The notes under the pieces are model-generated. The model ran no database searches and had not been told where the DNA came from. It was given only the letters and a program-made list of their open reading frames with translations. 33,559 nt of DNA, taken from the NCBI RefSeq assembly GCF_001194135.2, contig NC_068982.1, positions 90,777,660-90,811,218 on the forward strand, read 5' to 3'. This DNA is from Octopus bimaculoides (lineage: Eukaryota). Both the position numbers and the translations under genes were made by a program. The number at the start of each line of letters is the position of its first letter. Within the stretch, counting starts at the first letter, position 1. This document shows, piece after piece, positions 23,205-33,559 of this stretch.

Positions 23205-23332
23205 GCACGTTCTCGCAACTTTTCTGATTTCGGAAGTCCAGCGACCTGGCAATGGTTTCTGGTTTGGTTAGTGAACTTGTCCTTCTTAGAAATGGCAAAC
23301 GCCGTCATGTTTTGTAGATTTGGGATAAAACT
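23205..23332 (-). CDS. Candidate orphan exon (128 nt), possibly with a start codon at 23308 (MTAFAISKKDKFTNQTRNHCQVAGLPKSEKLRERA)
   Basis: On the minus strand: ACTAAC branch-like motif, pyrimidine tract, tttctctttctgTAG acceptor, one fully open frame, CAAAAC-ATG context and a GC|GTAAGT donor. No homology recognised. Confidence 0.3.
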
Positions 23333-23621
23333 CTACAGAAAGAGAAATCCGGAAGAGTTAAGGATAGAAGTTAGTTCCGGAGTACCTTGTTTAAGAGAAA
23401 GAGAAGATGCACTTTCAGGCGTGGTCGGTTTGCCTGCAAGAAGTAACCAGAAGTGTGTTCACATTCGGTGACGTATCTACGATGTAGTCAGATGTAATTG
23501 GGTGTATGAGCTTTGTAATGTATGTTCATCAGGGACTGGAACACAAACGAACAAAAGAAAGGTGGTAACTTCACCAGCAAAAGTGTTACAGTTTATTTTT
23601 TTAAAGTTAGTATACGACGCG

Positions 23622-23993
23622 GTGGAGGCGCAATGGTCCAGTGGCTAGGGCAGCGGACTCACGGTCATAGGATCGCGGTTTCGATTCGCAGACTGGGCGT
23701 TGTGAGTGTTTATTGAGCGAAAACACCTAAAGCTCCATGAGGCTCCGGCAGGGGATGGTGGTGAACCCTGCTGTACTCTTTCACCACAACTTTCTCTCGC
23801 TCTTACTTCCTGTTTCTGTTGTGCCTGTAATTCAAAGGGTCAGCCTTGTCACACTGTATCACGCTGAATATCCCCGAGAACTACGTTAAGGGTACACGTG
23901 TCTGTGGAGTGCTCAGCCACTTGCACGTTAATTTCACGAGCAGGCTGTTCCGATGATCGGATCAACTGGAACCCTCGACGTCGTAAGCGACGG
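23622..23993 (+). mobile_element. Apparently full-length tRNA-derived SINE
   Basis: A-box TGGTCCAGTGG (23634-23644), B-box-like GGTTTCGATTC (23677-23687) and many retained CpGs. Its 3' module (23834-23947) is shared with 31759-31878. Confidence 0.85.
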
Positions 23994-25548
23994 ACCCGAT
24001 TGGAAAATTTGGATCACTAGAAAGTTAGTAGCCAATGTTATTATTAAATTGTTAGTTATTCAGATGTTTCGAAAATTTTGAACTTGTGTCATTTAATCTG
24101 ATGTTATAAAAGAAAGTTGTTTTTGAGAACCGCAAACAAACCTTTTGCTTTTGTCTTGGTCGCTTTGTCAGGTACTTATTTCCAAATCTCAACAGTATTG
24201 ACTTTATTCTCCAGTGATTCTCCAGTGATTAGTTTTAGTTTGAATCCATTTACTTGCATTTGTTTCAGTAATATTCCTGAGAAAACTGTTGACTTTCCAA
24301 GCTATTATTTCCTCTCTCCTAGAATTCAGAATCGAATAAATCAGAATCTGATATATCAAAACCGCAAGGTGATGGCATAGATTCGCATGAAATCCTCGAA
24401 ATCGACTACAATAAAGAATATCGCACATAAATGTTTGTAAAACCAGTAGAGGTCAGCAACTGTTTAATTATATTAGTTACAGTCTTGTGCTGATCACGTG
24501 ATGGAAATGTAAGAACCTAGCATTATTCTGCTTTTAAATAACTGTTCACAGAGCAGAAAATGCAATTTTTTCTAGTTTTCTTTTTTCTCGCCTATTATTT
24601 TATGCTGTAGCTTTCAGCTCTCAACGAATTGAACTACAAATATGAACAAACAAAAAAAAATGTTAATTCATCATCTTATAGAATGAAACCCATTATGGAA
24701 ATTTATTGGAGCCTTAATTTACAATAAATCTACTGAATTGTTCTAAGTGTCCATTAATTGTCTAAATTCTGAACGTATTGCTGAAGTCAGAAGATAGAAT
24801 TATCGATTAGACAATTTTGTATATCATACAAAGTATATCAGCAGCTAATCAAAAATTATCATTAGATGTGCTACATACAACATATGGCTAAATGCACTGC
24901 AGATGAATGTAGCTTATATCTAAGAGAAATACTGTCAGAATGTATAAACTGTGTAATAGCTTCCGTTACACAGAGAGCAGATTCAATGTCTATTTTCATT
25001 GTATAAAGCAGAATAGAAATATTTCCAGGAATTCAGAATAGCCATATAACAAATTGCGAATAATCTTTTCACTGGGAAAACATTAGAAACTGAAAGGAAG
25101 AATTATATTGCATACAAAATGTTATATATTACAAAACAATTTATTGTGTTAGGCGCGTTTATTTTAAAATTATAAAAGCGATTCCTTTTCAGTGTGTTAT
25201 GATAAATTTTCATGACAATAACTGTACAAAGTTTGTGACTGCTATATATCTCGACCTGATTGCGGATTTTAAAAAATATATAGTAAATATAAAGAGAAAT
25301 CATATCCTGTTTATACCAAGACTAAAACTATTATCGTTAACTTTCTAGAATGCTCGATTTTCTCTACAGGGAATTATAGAAAAAAAGTTCGCTATAACTG
25401 ATTTAGAGGAGAAAGGCTAACGTTTCTAATCCGTAGGAGCTCTAATATTACTAGGATAAAGAAAGGAAACGATGTTTAATGTTCCAGTAGCAGCTTAAAA
25501 CTCAGATCAGAGAAATATTCTGAACCCTTACACCACAGTTTTCTCAGA

Positions 25549-25615
25549 CACGTACTAAAAAGTTAAAAGTCACGTACTAAAAAGTCACGTACTAAAAAGT
25601 CACGTACTAAAAAGT
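25549..25615 (+). repeat. 15-bp tandem repeat (CACGTACTAAAAAGT) x4 plus a 7-bp partial unit
   Basis: Exact units at 25549, 25571, 25586 and 25601. Confidence 0.97.
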
Positions 25616-25972
25616 CCCTAGGACTATTTCCGCGTCGATTTCGTTGTCTGAATTTAACAGTCAGGGTTTAGTTCGAGCTGAGTCTATGGGAGAAAATATT
25701 TGTCAAAGATTCTCTAGTGTAGGATAGAACTAAGGGGCCATGGTTGCAAAGCAACTTTCATAACCACTTTGCCTTGAGTGTTGTTATAGCTTCTAAAATA
25801 ATTTCAATGCCACAAACATAGTGAGAGAGAGTCGAGTAAATTTATCCCAGAACTGACTGGTAATATAACAGCTGTAATTTGAACATAAAATGATGTAATT
25901 AACCAAACATTTTTTTTTAAATACTACGATGTATTTCCTGTACCCCTTCTGTCAACAAGCAATTTCGGAATA

Positions 25973-26095
25973 AGACAGACAGATAGGCAGGCAGGCAATC
26001 AGACAGACGGACAGAGAGACAGACAGGCAGACAGACAGACAGACAGACAGACAGACAGGTGGCAGGCAAGCAGACAGACAGACAGACAGACAGAC

Positions 26096-26168
<73 letters not shown>
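25973..26168. repeat. (GACA)n/(GGCA)n followed by (GATA)n
   Basis: Read directly. Confidence 0.97.
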
Positions 26169-26169
<1 letters not shown>

Positions 26170-26649
26170 GCTGACACGCTCACAGTTTTCACTAAGTTTT
26201 AATCTAGAAACATGTTACAATATTTTTATTTAACATTCTCATTTTCTAAAACTTATGACTCAAGTTAATCAAGAATGAATAGAATTTTATTATGAAGTTC
26301 AAATAGTTCAATAATGATCAATAACATTTATTTGAATTAATTTTGATTTAAAAATAACATTCACACGAAAATTATTAATACTGAAAGTAATCTACATATT
26401 ATCTCCCTTAACTTATACAGTAACTCTGCTCCAATATCAATATTAGCGCGGTTGGATGGTACTGAGCTTCTAGATATGAAGTCACCTGAGTTCATTTATG
26501 TCTTGAAAGCAAGGATAGCCAACACGATGAGGATCAGAGCTGTTGTTGACTGAAGTTGTTACCGATGAGTATGAGTTTTAATGGAAGAGTGGAAGAATGG
26601 AAGTGTGGGAGGTGAGAGACAGTGAGATTGTATCTACATAATATATATA

Positions 26650-26719
26650 CGAAAAGTTCCTGGGTTTAAGGGTATCACGAAAGCCTGGCTGGAGGCCCAA
26701 CCATCGGAATTCTTTTAAC
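26650..26719 (+). mobile_element. Truncated copy of the mariner MITE at 235-451
   Basis: aaaagttcctgggtttaagggtatcacgaaagcctggctggaggcccaa matches 254-300 and is preceded by TA. Confidence 0.75.
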
Positions 26720-27149
26720 ATTGTAATGTTGTCATGTTCATGCAGAAAAAGGGCTTAACCCTCAAGGGCAGTATGCTGACATAGTTGCTATATTAAAGAA
26801 TAACGATTGAGCTTTATCAATAGTACAAAAGTGTGCAGCTGAAATTTAAAAAAGCATTGATCGTGTTCACCATATGGTGATGGCTGACAGGTGATTGACC
26901 ATGTAGTGGTTATAAGACTACAGCAGCAGTAGCATGACGTCATAGTCGTGTTGGCTGCCTTTTGTTTATAAATGTCTTACGCTTTTGTGTTGGTCAATTT
27001 TATTATCCATACATTGTTTCTAATATTCGTGAAGTTATTTTTCCACCCAGAAAGATTCTTAGAATCGAGTTTACAGCAGTTATATAAACTCTGATTTTTT
27101 TGGAAAATTATTTAGTGCCACTCGGTTGCCACTCGGGAGCTCGTCACTC

Positions 27150-27720
27150 ATTCTGGCAATGCTACTTTTCATTGTTAATCCTTCATGACATTATGTCATG
27201 TTTTTCTCAATCTTTTTAGAGTAGTTTTGAGGAACTAGCTAAGAAAAATTTTCCTGTCGTCATTCTCCCGACAGATTCTTTTAAAACATGTTTTTCTTCA
27301 TTATTATAAGTACTGGATTTTTTCCTATCGTTATTATGTTGTGATAGATTCACTGTATATATTTTTACTTTCTGTAAATATATGACTGATGTTAAATCCA
27401 GTCCATCTTCTTTTGATATTACCTGTAAGAACTTTCATCGTATGACTATAAGGAAAAATGAAGTGGTTAAAGATTTATTTGCATGCATCTTTATGATGAA
27501 GTTATACTCAAACCTTTGTCAACAGGAGAAAATACAGTTAACCCAGTATGAACTGGACTTCTTAATTTCATTTTCACAGATATCTTCACTTTGCTATCAA
27601 AAACACATCTTCTCATCCTATTCAAACTGCCTTATAACCTGCTAGTGAAATGTCATTATCTTCAACATACATGTTGAACGCCACTACGATATTATATTAC
27701 ATCTAGCGTTCTGAATACAC
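27150..27720 (-). mobile_element. Probable degenerate RTE/APE-LINE C-terminal fragment
   Basis: EDNDISLAGYKA / SLNRMRRCVFDSKVKISVKMKL resembles the post-RT thumb pattern EI..RI.KA..AF..L...V.....IS..TK.KLY. Confidence 0.4.
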
Positions 27721-27767
27721 CTCTAACTTCTTCTCGCAACTAGGTCATTAAGACACAGCAAATTTTA

Positions 27768-27770
<3 letters not shown>

Positions 27771-27807
<37 letters not shown>
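27771..27807. repeat. (TA)n microsatellite
   Basis: Read directly. Confidence 0.97.
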
Positions 27808-27808
<1 letters not shown>

Positions 27809-28553
27809 GTCGTCTGACACTTGATCAAAATCTCACTAGGCTGATCGCATCACAGGAAAATCTGACATTGTTTAAGGCAGATTTAGCTGGTTTCTGTGGC
27901 TGTTTTCTAACATTCGATGAGAGTTGGATCTGTCACTCTGAGACGGAGAGAAAGAGACAAGCCATGCACTGGAAATACTCCTACTCACCTACCCCATAGA
28001 AGACTAAGGTTGCTTCATCTGCAACAGAGGGGATGGTTTCAGTTTTGGAGATGCAACAGGCATTTCGTTTATTGACTGTCTTCAAATGACCCTAACCATC
28101 AAGGGAGAGAACTATGCCAACTTGCTGAGGCTATTAAGACTATTAAGACTAAACGCTCAGGGAAACTGACGAAATGGAGTTTTGTTTTATTAGGATAATT
28201 CTCTAACACACTAGTCTTTACTTTTAATGGCTGCTGTGCATGACTGTGGCTTTGAACTGGTTCATCACCTTCCCTATTCTACTGATTTGTCCCCATCTGG
28301 TTATCATCTCTTCTCTAATATGAAAACACACTTGGTAGTGAATCAGTTTCACAGTGCCAATGACGTCATATTTGTTGTCGATGATTTTTCTAGAACAATA
28401 GGATGAACGATTCTTCCTTCATGGGATCCAAGGACTGCAATACTGATGGATGAAGTGTGTTGACCGCAAAGCGGACTATTTTTAAAGCTAAATTTCATAT
28501 GATCACATTCTTTAAAATTATCTTCATCATATGAACTTTTCAGCCGACTCTCA
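27807..28553 (+). mobile_element. 5'-truncated, decayed mariner (D,D34D) transposon: catalytic domain plus right TIR
   Basis: RRLTLDQN..., LTFDESW, Y*DNS (HDNA motif), HHLPYSTDLSPSGYHLF (YSPDLAPSD) and FFLHGIQGLQY*WMKCVDRKADYF. TIR-like gaacttttcagccgactctca at ~28533-28553. Confidence 0.92.
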
Positions 28554-28628
28554 TCGCGATACATATAAATACATGTGCACATATACATGTACACACACAC
28601 ACAACTATATATATATATATATATATAT

Positions 28629-29200
28629 NNNNNNNNNNNNNNNNNNNNNNNNNNNNNNNNNNNNNNNNNNNNNNNNNNNNNNNNNNNNNNNNNNNNNNNN
28701 NNNNNNNNNNNNNNNNNNNNNNNNNNNNNNNNNNNNNNNNNNNNNNNNNNNNNNNNNNNNNNNNNNNNNNNNNNNNNNNNNNNNNNNNNNNNNNNNNNNN
28801 NNNNNNNNNNNNNNNNNNNNNNNNNNNNNNNNNNNNNNNNNNNNNNNNNNNNNNNNNNNNNNNNNNNNNNNNNNNNNNNNNNNNNNNNNNNNNNNNNNNN
28901 NNNNNNNNNNNNNNNNNNNNNNNNNNNNNNNNNNNNNNNNNNNNNNNNNNNNNNNNNNNNNNNNNNNNNNNNNNNNNNNNNNNNNNNNNNNNNNNNNNNN
29001 NNNNNNNNNNNNNNNNNNNNNNNNNNNNNNNNNNNNNNNNNNNNNNNNNNNNNNNNNNNNNNNNNNNNNNNNNNNNNNNNNNNNNNNNNNNNNNNNNNNN
29101 NNNNNNNNNNNNNNNNNNNNNNNNNNNNNNNNNNNNNNNNNNNNNNNNNNNNNNNNNNNNNNNNNNNNNNNNNNNNNNNNNNNNNNNNNNNNNNNNNNNN
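28629..29200. other. Assembly gap (572 N)
   Basis: N run after (TA)n. Confidence 0.99.
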
Positions 29201-29327
29201 ACCAAATGCACTCACAAGGCTTTGGTCGGCCCGAGCTATAGTAGAAGACACTTGCCCAAGGTGCCACGCAGTGGGACTGAACCCAGAACCATGTGGTTGG
29301 TAAGCAAGCTACTTACCACACAGCCAC

Positions 29328-29328
<1 letters not shown>
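29201..29328 (-). mobile_element. tRNA-derived 5' head of SINE family B (the rest runs into the gap)
   Basis: The reverse complement reads agtggctgtgtggtaag (A-box)...gggttcagtccc (B-box)...ccttgggcaagtgtcttc. Confidence 0.8.
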
Positions 29329-29361
<33 letters not shown>

Positions 29362-29858
29362 CAGTTGCATTATGAAAATGTCTTTCTGCCAACAAGATCA
29401 TACGTACTGCTAATAATAGTTCGCTCTTCCTGATTATTCTGTTCACTGCATAGCTGGTCTTCTTTCAATCGTCGTGCTGCTGTTGATGGTAGTGTTGACA
29501 GTAATTTAATGTTGATGTGTGCCAGTATATATCTACAATAATCATGTATTTATTGTCATCAACTACTATTTGTGTATGAATCCTGTATGTGTATTCGCTA
29601 TGGTGTTCTTGTTTTTGTTGATTTTGTTTCTATAATTTATTGTTCTGCAAACTTGTCAGCTTTAAGATTGTCCTGGCAGTAGTAGATAATGAGTAGGTGT
29701 AGGTATACATAAAGGTTTGGATGTGTTTTATTTTATGGTTTAGAGTTTATCCAATTTCATTCTTGTTATCGTCATTATCCATCTATGTCTCTATCGCTAG
29801 GTTTGTGTGCGCGCGCCAATCTGTCTATCCGGTTTTCAACGTGTTAGGTATCTTACAC

Positions 29859-29967
<109 letters not shown>

Positions 29968-30404
29968 ATATGTGCGTATATATCTGTAAGTACAACTGAA
30001 CAGAGAAAAAATTTGTTTTGAAATCAGGACGTCTCTGCTTCGAGCTCATAGCATGTAATTTTAGGTTAGTGATACATTCCATAATGCTGGCTGAACGAAA
30101 CTCTAGTTGAAAACCGTGTAGATGCTAAGTAGATGGATTCTACTAGTAATTTAAAAGTCCGTCCTTGCCTAACTCTTCTTCACGCTGATTTTTGCCCGCC
30201 GACTATGTTAAGAGTACATGTGTCTTCGAAATACCCACCCACATATATAGCACTTACTTAGAGTCAGAGTAACTCAGGAAGTGTTTCTATGTTCCATTGG
30301 TCGAACTGGCCAGTGGTACAAATAGGAGCGGACCTTGGAGTAGTTACGATATCTTTGAAATATCTTAACTTCTAAAGACAAGTTCACTGAAGTTACCTCC
30401 AAGT

Positions 30405-30833
30405 GGACTCCCAAACGCTTTTCTGGCACTTTAGCCTCCTTTGTTAGGAAATACTAAAGAGGATAACCCGAGCAGATTCTCAAGACATAGCTTTATCTTG
30501 AAACAATGGATATTAGTGAATGAATTACGCTTTGCACCGGCCAGCCTCAATAAATGCAATGAGCGCTAAGCAGTGATGAGGAATAAACGAACTTAGTCAA
30601 AATACGTTAGTGATATACTTCGTATTCTAAAAGGTAAATTCACTGCAGTTACGGTGGAGAAAAGATTCTCACTTATAACAAAAAGTTTAAAAACACAATA
30701 TCTACTCAGTGTTTAGAGGATTCCCAGACGCGTTTGTGGCTTTTTAGCCTTCCTCAGTAGGACATACTAGAGAGAAATAACTCGAGCAGGTTCTAAAGTC
30801 GTAGCTTTATCTTAAAACAATGAATATCATTGA
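30405..30833 (+). repeat. Diverged direct duplication, 30405-30520 and 30718-30833
   Basis: Colinear, e.g. tagctttatctt(g/a)aaacaatg and ataac(c/t)cgagcag. Offset 313 bp. Confidence 0.85.
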
Positions 30834-31734
30834 CTGGGTTGCACTCAAAGACTGCAAACAAACTTACAACTCCTTGTAACAAGCAAATGCGAACTAAAAT
30901 GCATAACAATGGGAGTTGAAGTATAAATATTAAAAAAAAAACAATTGAATATTATTTAGAGAATTATGTTTAACCAATTCATGCTGGAACTCATTAAAGT
31001 TTTACATGTGTTTCGCCAATGAAACACTCTTCATGTTGGTCTGGGATAAGATGCCACTTTGTAGTAAGTTTGTTATTGACCAAACTCTTTCTCTCCACAG
31101 GTCAGTTTCCTCGTATTGAGGCCATTCACTGAGAAGGATAGTTCTGTTGTATCATGAGCCTACTCTGAAATTGCTCACCTTGAAACGTCTGATGATGGAA
31201 TTTAAGACATCTGAATTTTTTTATGGTTTGGTTTTTGAATGCTACATGTTCTGTTGATTTCAGTCAGCCGCAGTATATGTTACTGCTCCATTTCGATAGA
31301 TATACATGAATTAATATTTCTAGTTTCCGAAAAATAAATTTGCAGGATTAAAATTGTGTACCGACAAATGTTCAGAGAAAGGTCGATGGAAATTTGTTAA
31401 ATAAAATGAAGTAGAAATGGAAGAAATGAAAGAACTGCAATCATAAATTCTATTGAAAATCTTCGTTTACTTGCAAAATTTGACAGTAACTATGTTACTA
31501 CAATGAACTAACTATTACATGTGAATCTTTATGTCCATACATTTTTTTACTTGAACTTTTATTTCGCATGGTTTTTCTTTTAACTGAATTAGGATTCATG
31601 TGCAGTAAAAATCATATTTTCATTCAAATTATGTTAGAAAGATATACAAGATAGAAAGCTGGCAAAGCAAGCGCAGAAGTGAAGAAACGCTATATTCTGA
31701 AAAACAATCAAAGTTCCAGTTGATACGATCAAAC

Positions 31735-32031
31735 GAATTGCCTAGCTTCTGTGCAGTGCAGCCATTTGCTCCTGAAATTAACGTGCAAGTGGCTGAGAAC
31801 TCTACAGACACACGTACTCTTAACGTTGTCCTCAGGGAGATTCAGTGAGACACAGAATGTGAAAAGGCTGGACCTTCGAGTTTCAGGTAGAACTAATTTT
31901 TGTCAACTGAGTGGATTGGAGCAACGAGAAATAAAGTGTCTTGCTCAATGACACAATGTACAGTCTGGAATTGAACTCAGGACCTTGCGATCGTGAGTCG
32001 AATACACTAACCACAAAGCCATGCGTTTTCA
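31735..32031 (-). mobile_element. tRNA-derived SINE: family C head and core with the 3' module of the 23622 element
   Basis: Head gcatggctttgtggttagtg...ctgagttcaattcc. The core matches 4860-4930 and the tail matches 23834-23947. Confidence 0.8.
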
Positions 32032-32960
32032 CAAGTATGTATGTACAAAATCTGCTCCTCTCCGCCTGTTCGACTGTAGGTTTTGGTTTGCATCATAATG
32101 AATCTATGTGTATATGCTGGTCTTTATGCGTGTGTTTACATATGCATATATTTGTAAGAATGTGAATACATGAATATTATTTTCAGTGTTTGCTTCTGAT
32201 TATGCGTATATAGGTTTGCGTATATATTTTTGCACAGTTATGTATATTCAAGTGTTCATGTATGTATGTGTGTGTGCGCATGAGCAGGAGCATGTGCGCG
32301 CACGAACGTGTGTATGTATTCATATGTATGTATACATACGTGTATATGTGTATAACCAGAAATGTGATAACCAGAAATGTGAAGCCTTTGTAAATTTTCT
32401 CCTGATGAAAAAGTGTTGCCTTTGGATTTCCTTATTGGATGTGAAGCAGCATCCTTTGAAACGATCGTAGAGATAGGCTTGAATGCATTCTGTTCTGGTT
32501 ATCTTACACTTTATTTGTTATATTTATATTTTTGTATTTATATATATCTATATTTATATTATTTTAACTCCATTGCCTTAAATTTTTAGTCGCCTTTATT
32601 ATGCATTAATTTATTCCATATATTTTTCTTCATTCGATTTCACTTTTAGATTTTATCACCTTTTATTCGTGTATATATGTATATTTCATACTGTTGGTTT
32701 TTACCGTTGGGTGCCCTATTGTTTTAATGTACATTTATATTCAATTCTTGATAATTTGAGGATATAAATCTGTTCCGACAGATTGAAGCGTTTATTCATT
32801 ATACCTTTCAATTTATTTCTCCTTTCGCCTCGGTGTCACCGGAGCAGTTCCAGCTGCAGTCCTATTTCTATTTTTGTTCTTTGGTTGAACGAAATTGTTT
32901 TTCAGTTTCATGAAGTTATAAAATTATCCTCTAATACATATGAGTATATATACGCACGCA

Positions 32961-33003
32961 TACATGTATGTATGTATGTATGTATGTATGTATGTATGTA
33001 TGA
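32961..33003. repeat. (ATGT)n microsatellite
   Basis: Read directly. Confidence 0.95.
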
Positions 33004-33259
33004 AAGCGATCGAGCAACTTCAGATTCCTACGGTGTACCGTCCATGTTCCACAAGAATGCAGTAAAAATGTTTGAAACATACTCAGCATACTCAACTTTC
33101 AAAAGCGTTGTCTTCCGTTGGCTGTGAAACGTGAAACTGTATTATACTTTCAAAGACTTAGTATGCCCAAAATCTGAAATACCATGAAAATCAAATAGTT
33201 AAATTATTATTCCATCTTAACATTATTCTGAAATACATTTATAATACAGTTTTGCAGAT

Positions 33260-33509
33260 GTGCGCATATGTATATGTATGTATACATACATACACACACA
33301 AACGCACCCATATATATATATATATATATATATATGCATACATTAGATACCTTGTATTAAATTTCTCCTTAATTCGTTTACGCGCTAGCTACTAGATACA
33401 ATCTAATATAGGTTTTATCCTTATATTTTATACACTCACACACACACACATATATCTACATATATATAGATGTGCATATCATATACATATATGTATATCT
33501 ACATATATA

Positions 33510-33559
<50 letters not shown>
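33260..33559. repeat. TA/CA-rich simple repeats ending in (TA)n
   Basis: Read directly. Confidence 0.9.

Noticed and set aside
23151-23471. 106-aa plus-strand ORF
   Set aside because: No recognisable homology; the minus strand has better splice signals.
25370-25420. Strong acceptor followed by GIIEKKFAITDLEEKG*
   Set aside because: The DNA resembles the MITE interior (tacagggaatagaaaaa...gctataa), so a mariner remnant or chance is more likely.
12335-25615. Short tandem arrays as possible CRISPR-like repeats
   Set aside because: They have no spacers and the context is eukaryotic.
26867-26943. 14-bp palindrome TCACCATATGGTGA and a full CRE (TGACGTCA)
   Set aside because: A few palindromes of this size and an 8-mer are expected by chance in 33 kb.
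27423-27445. 23-nt minus-strand microexon-like signal pair
   Set aside because: It lies inside the probable RTE fragment.
26650-28553. Possible single 1.9-kb mariner from 26650 to the TIR at 28553
   Set aside because: The left piece is of the MITE deletion type, the interval holds unrelated sequence, and the transposase N-terminus is missing.
32352-32382. Exact 15-bp direct duplication (TAACCAGAAATGTGA)
   Set aside because: An ordinary slippage duplication with only two units.
33003-33127. KNAVKMFETYSAY...VVFRW, faintly like a mariner N-terminal HTH
   Set aside because: Short match with no clear TIR and no downstream transposase.

Overview
AT-rich eukaryotic genomic DNA from a draft assembly, with four N gaps each flanked by simple repeats. 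The repeat content resembles a coleoid cephalopod (Octopus-like) genome; this is from recalled SINE families and composition, not a database search. I found no intact, recognisable protein-coding gene, and nearly all listed ORFs are microsatellite translations, N runs or chance frames. The window is a field of decayed transposons: two different R4/Dong-like RLE LINE remnants, a Penelope-like RT remnant, a D,D34D mariner remnant plus a mariner MITE, probable RTE fragments, and about a dozen tRNA-derived SINE pieces from several families. The most notable structures are a ~277-bp inverted duplication sharing a SINE/Penelope junction, a SINE nested in a LINE with an 8-bp TSD, module swapping between SINE families, a perfect 14-bp hairpin, a 15-bp TACGTG array, a diverged 116-bp direct duplication and a few orphan exon candidates. 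I see no convincing evidence of a new biological system.
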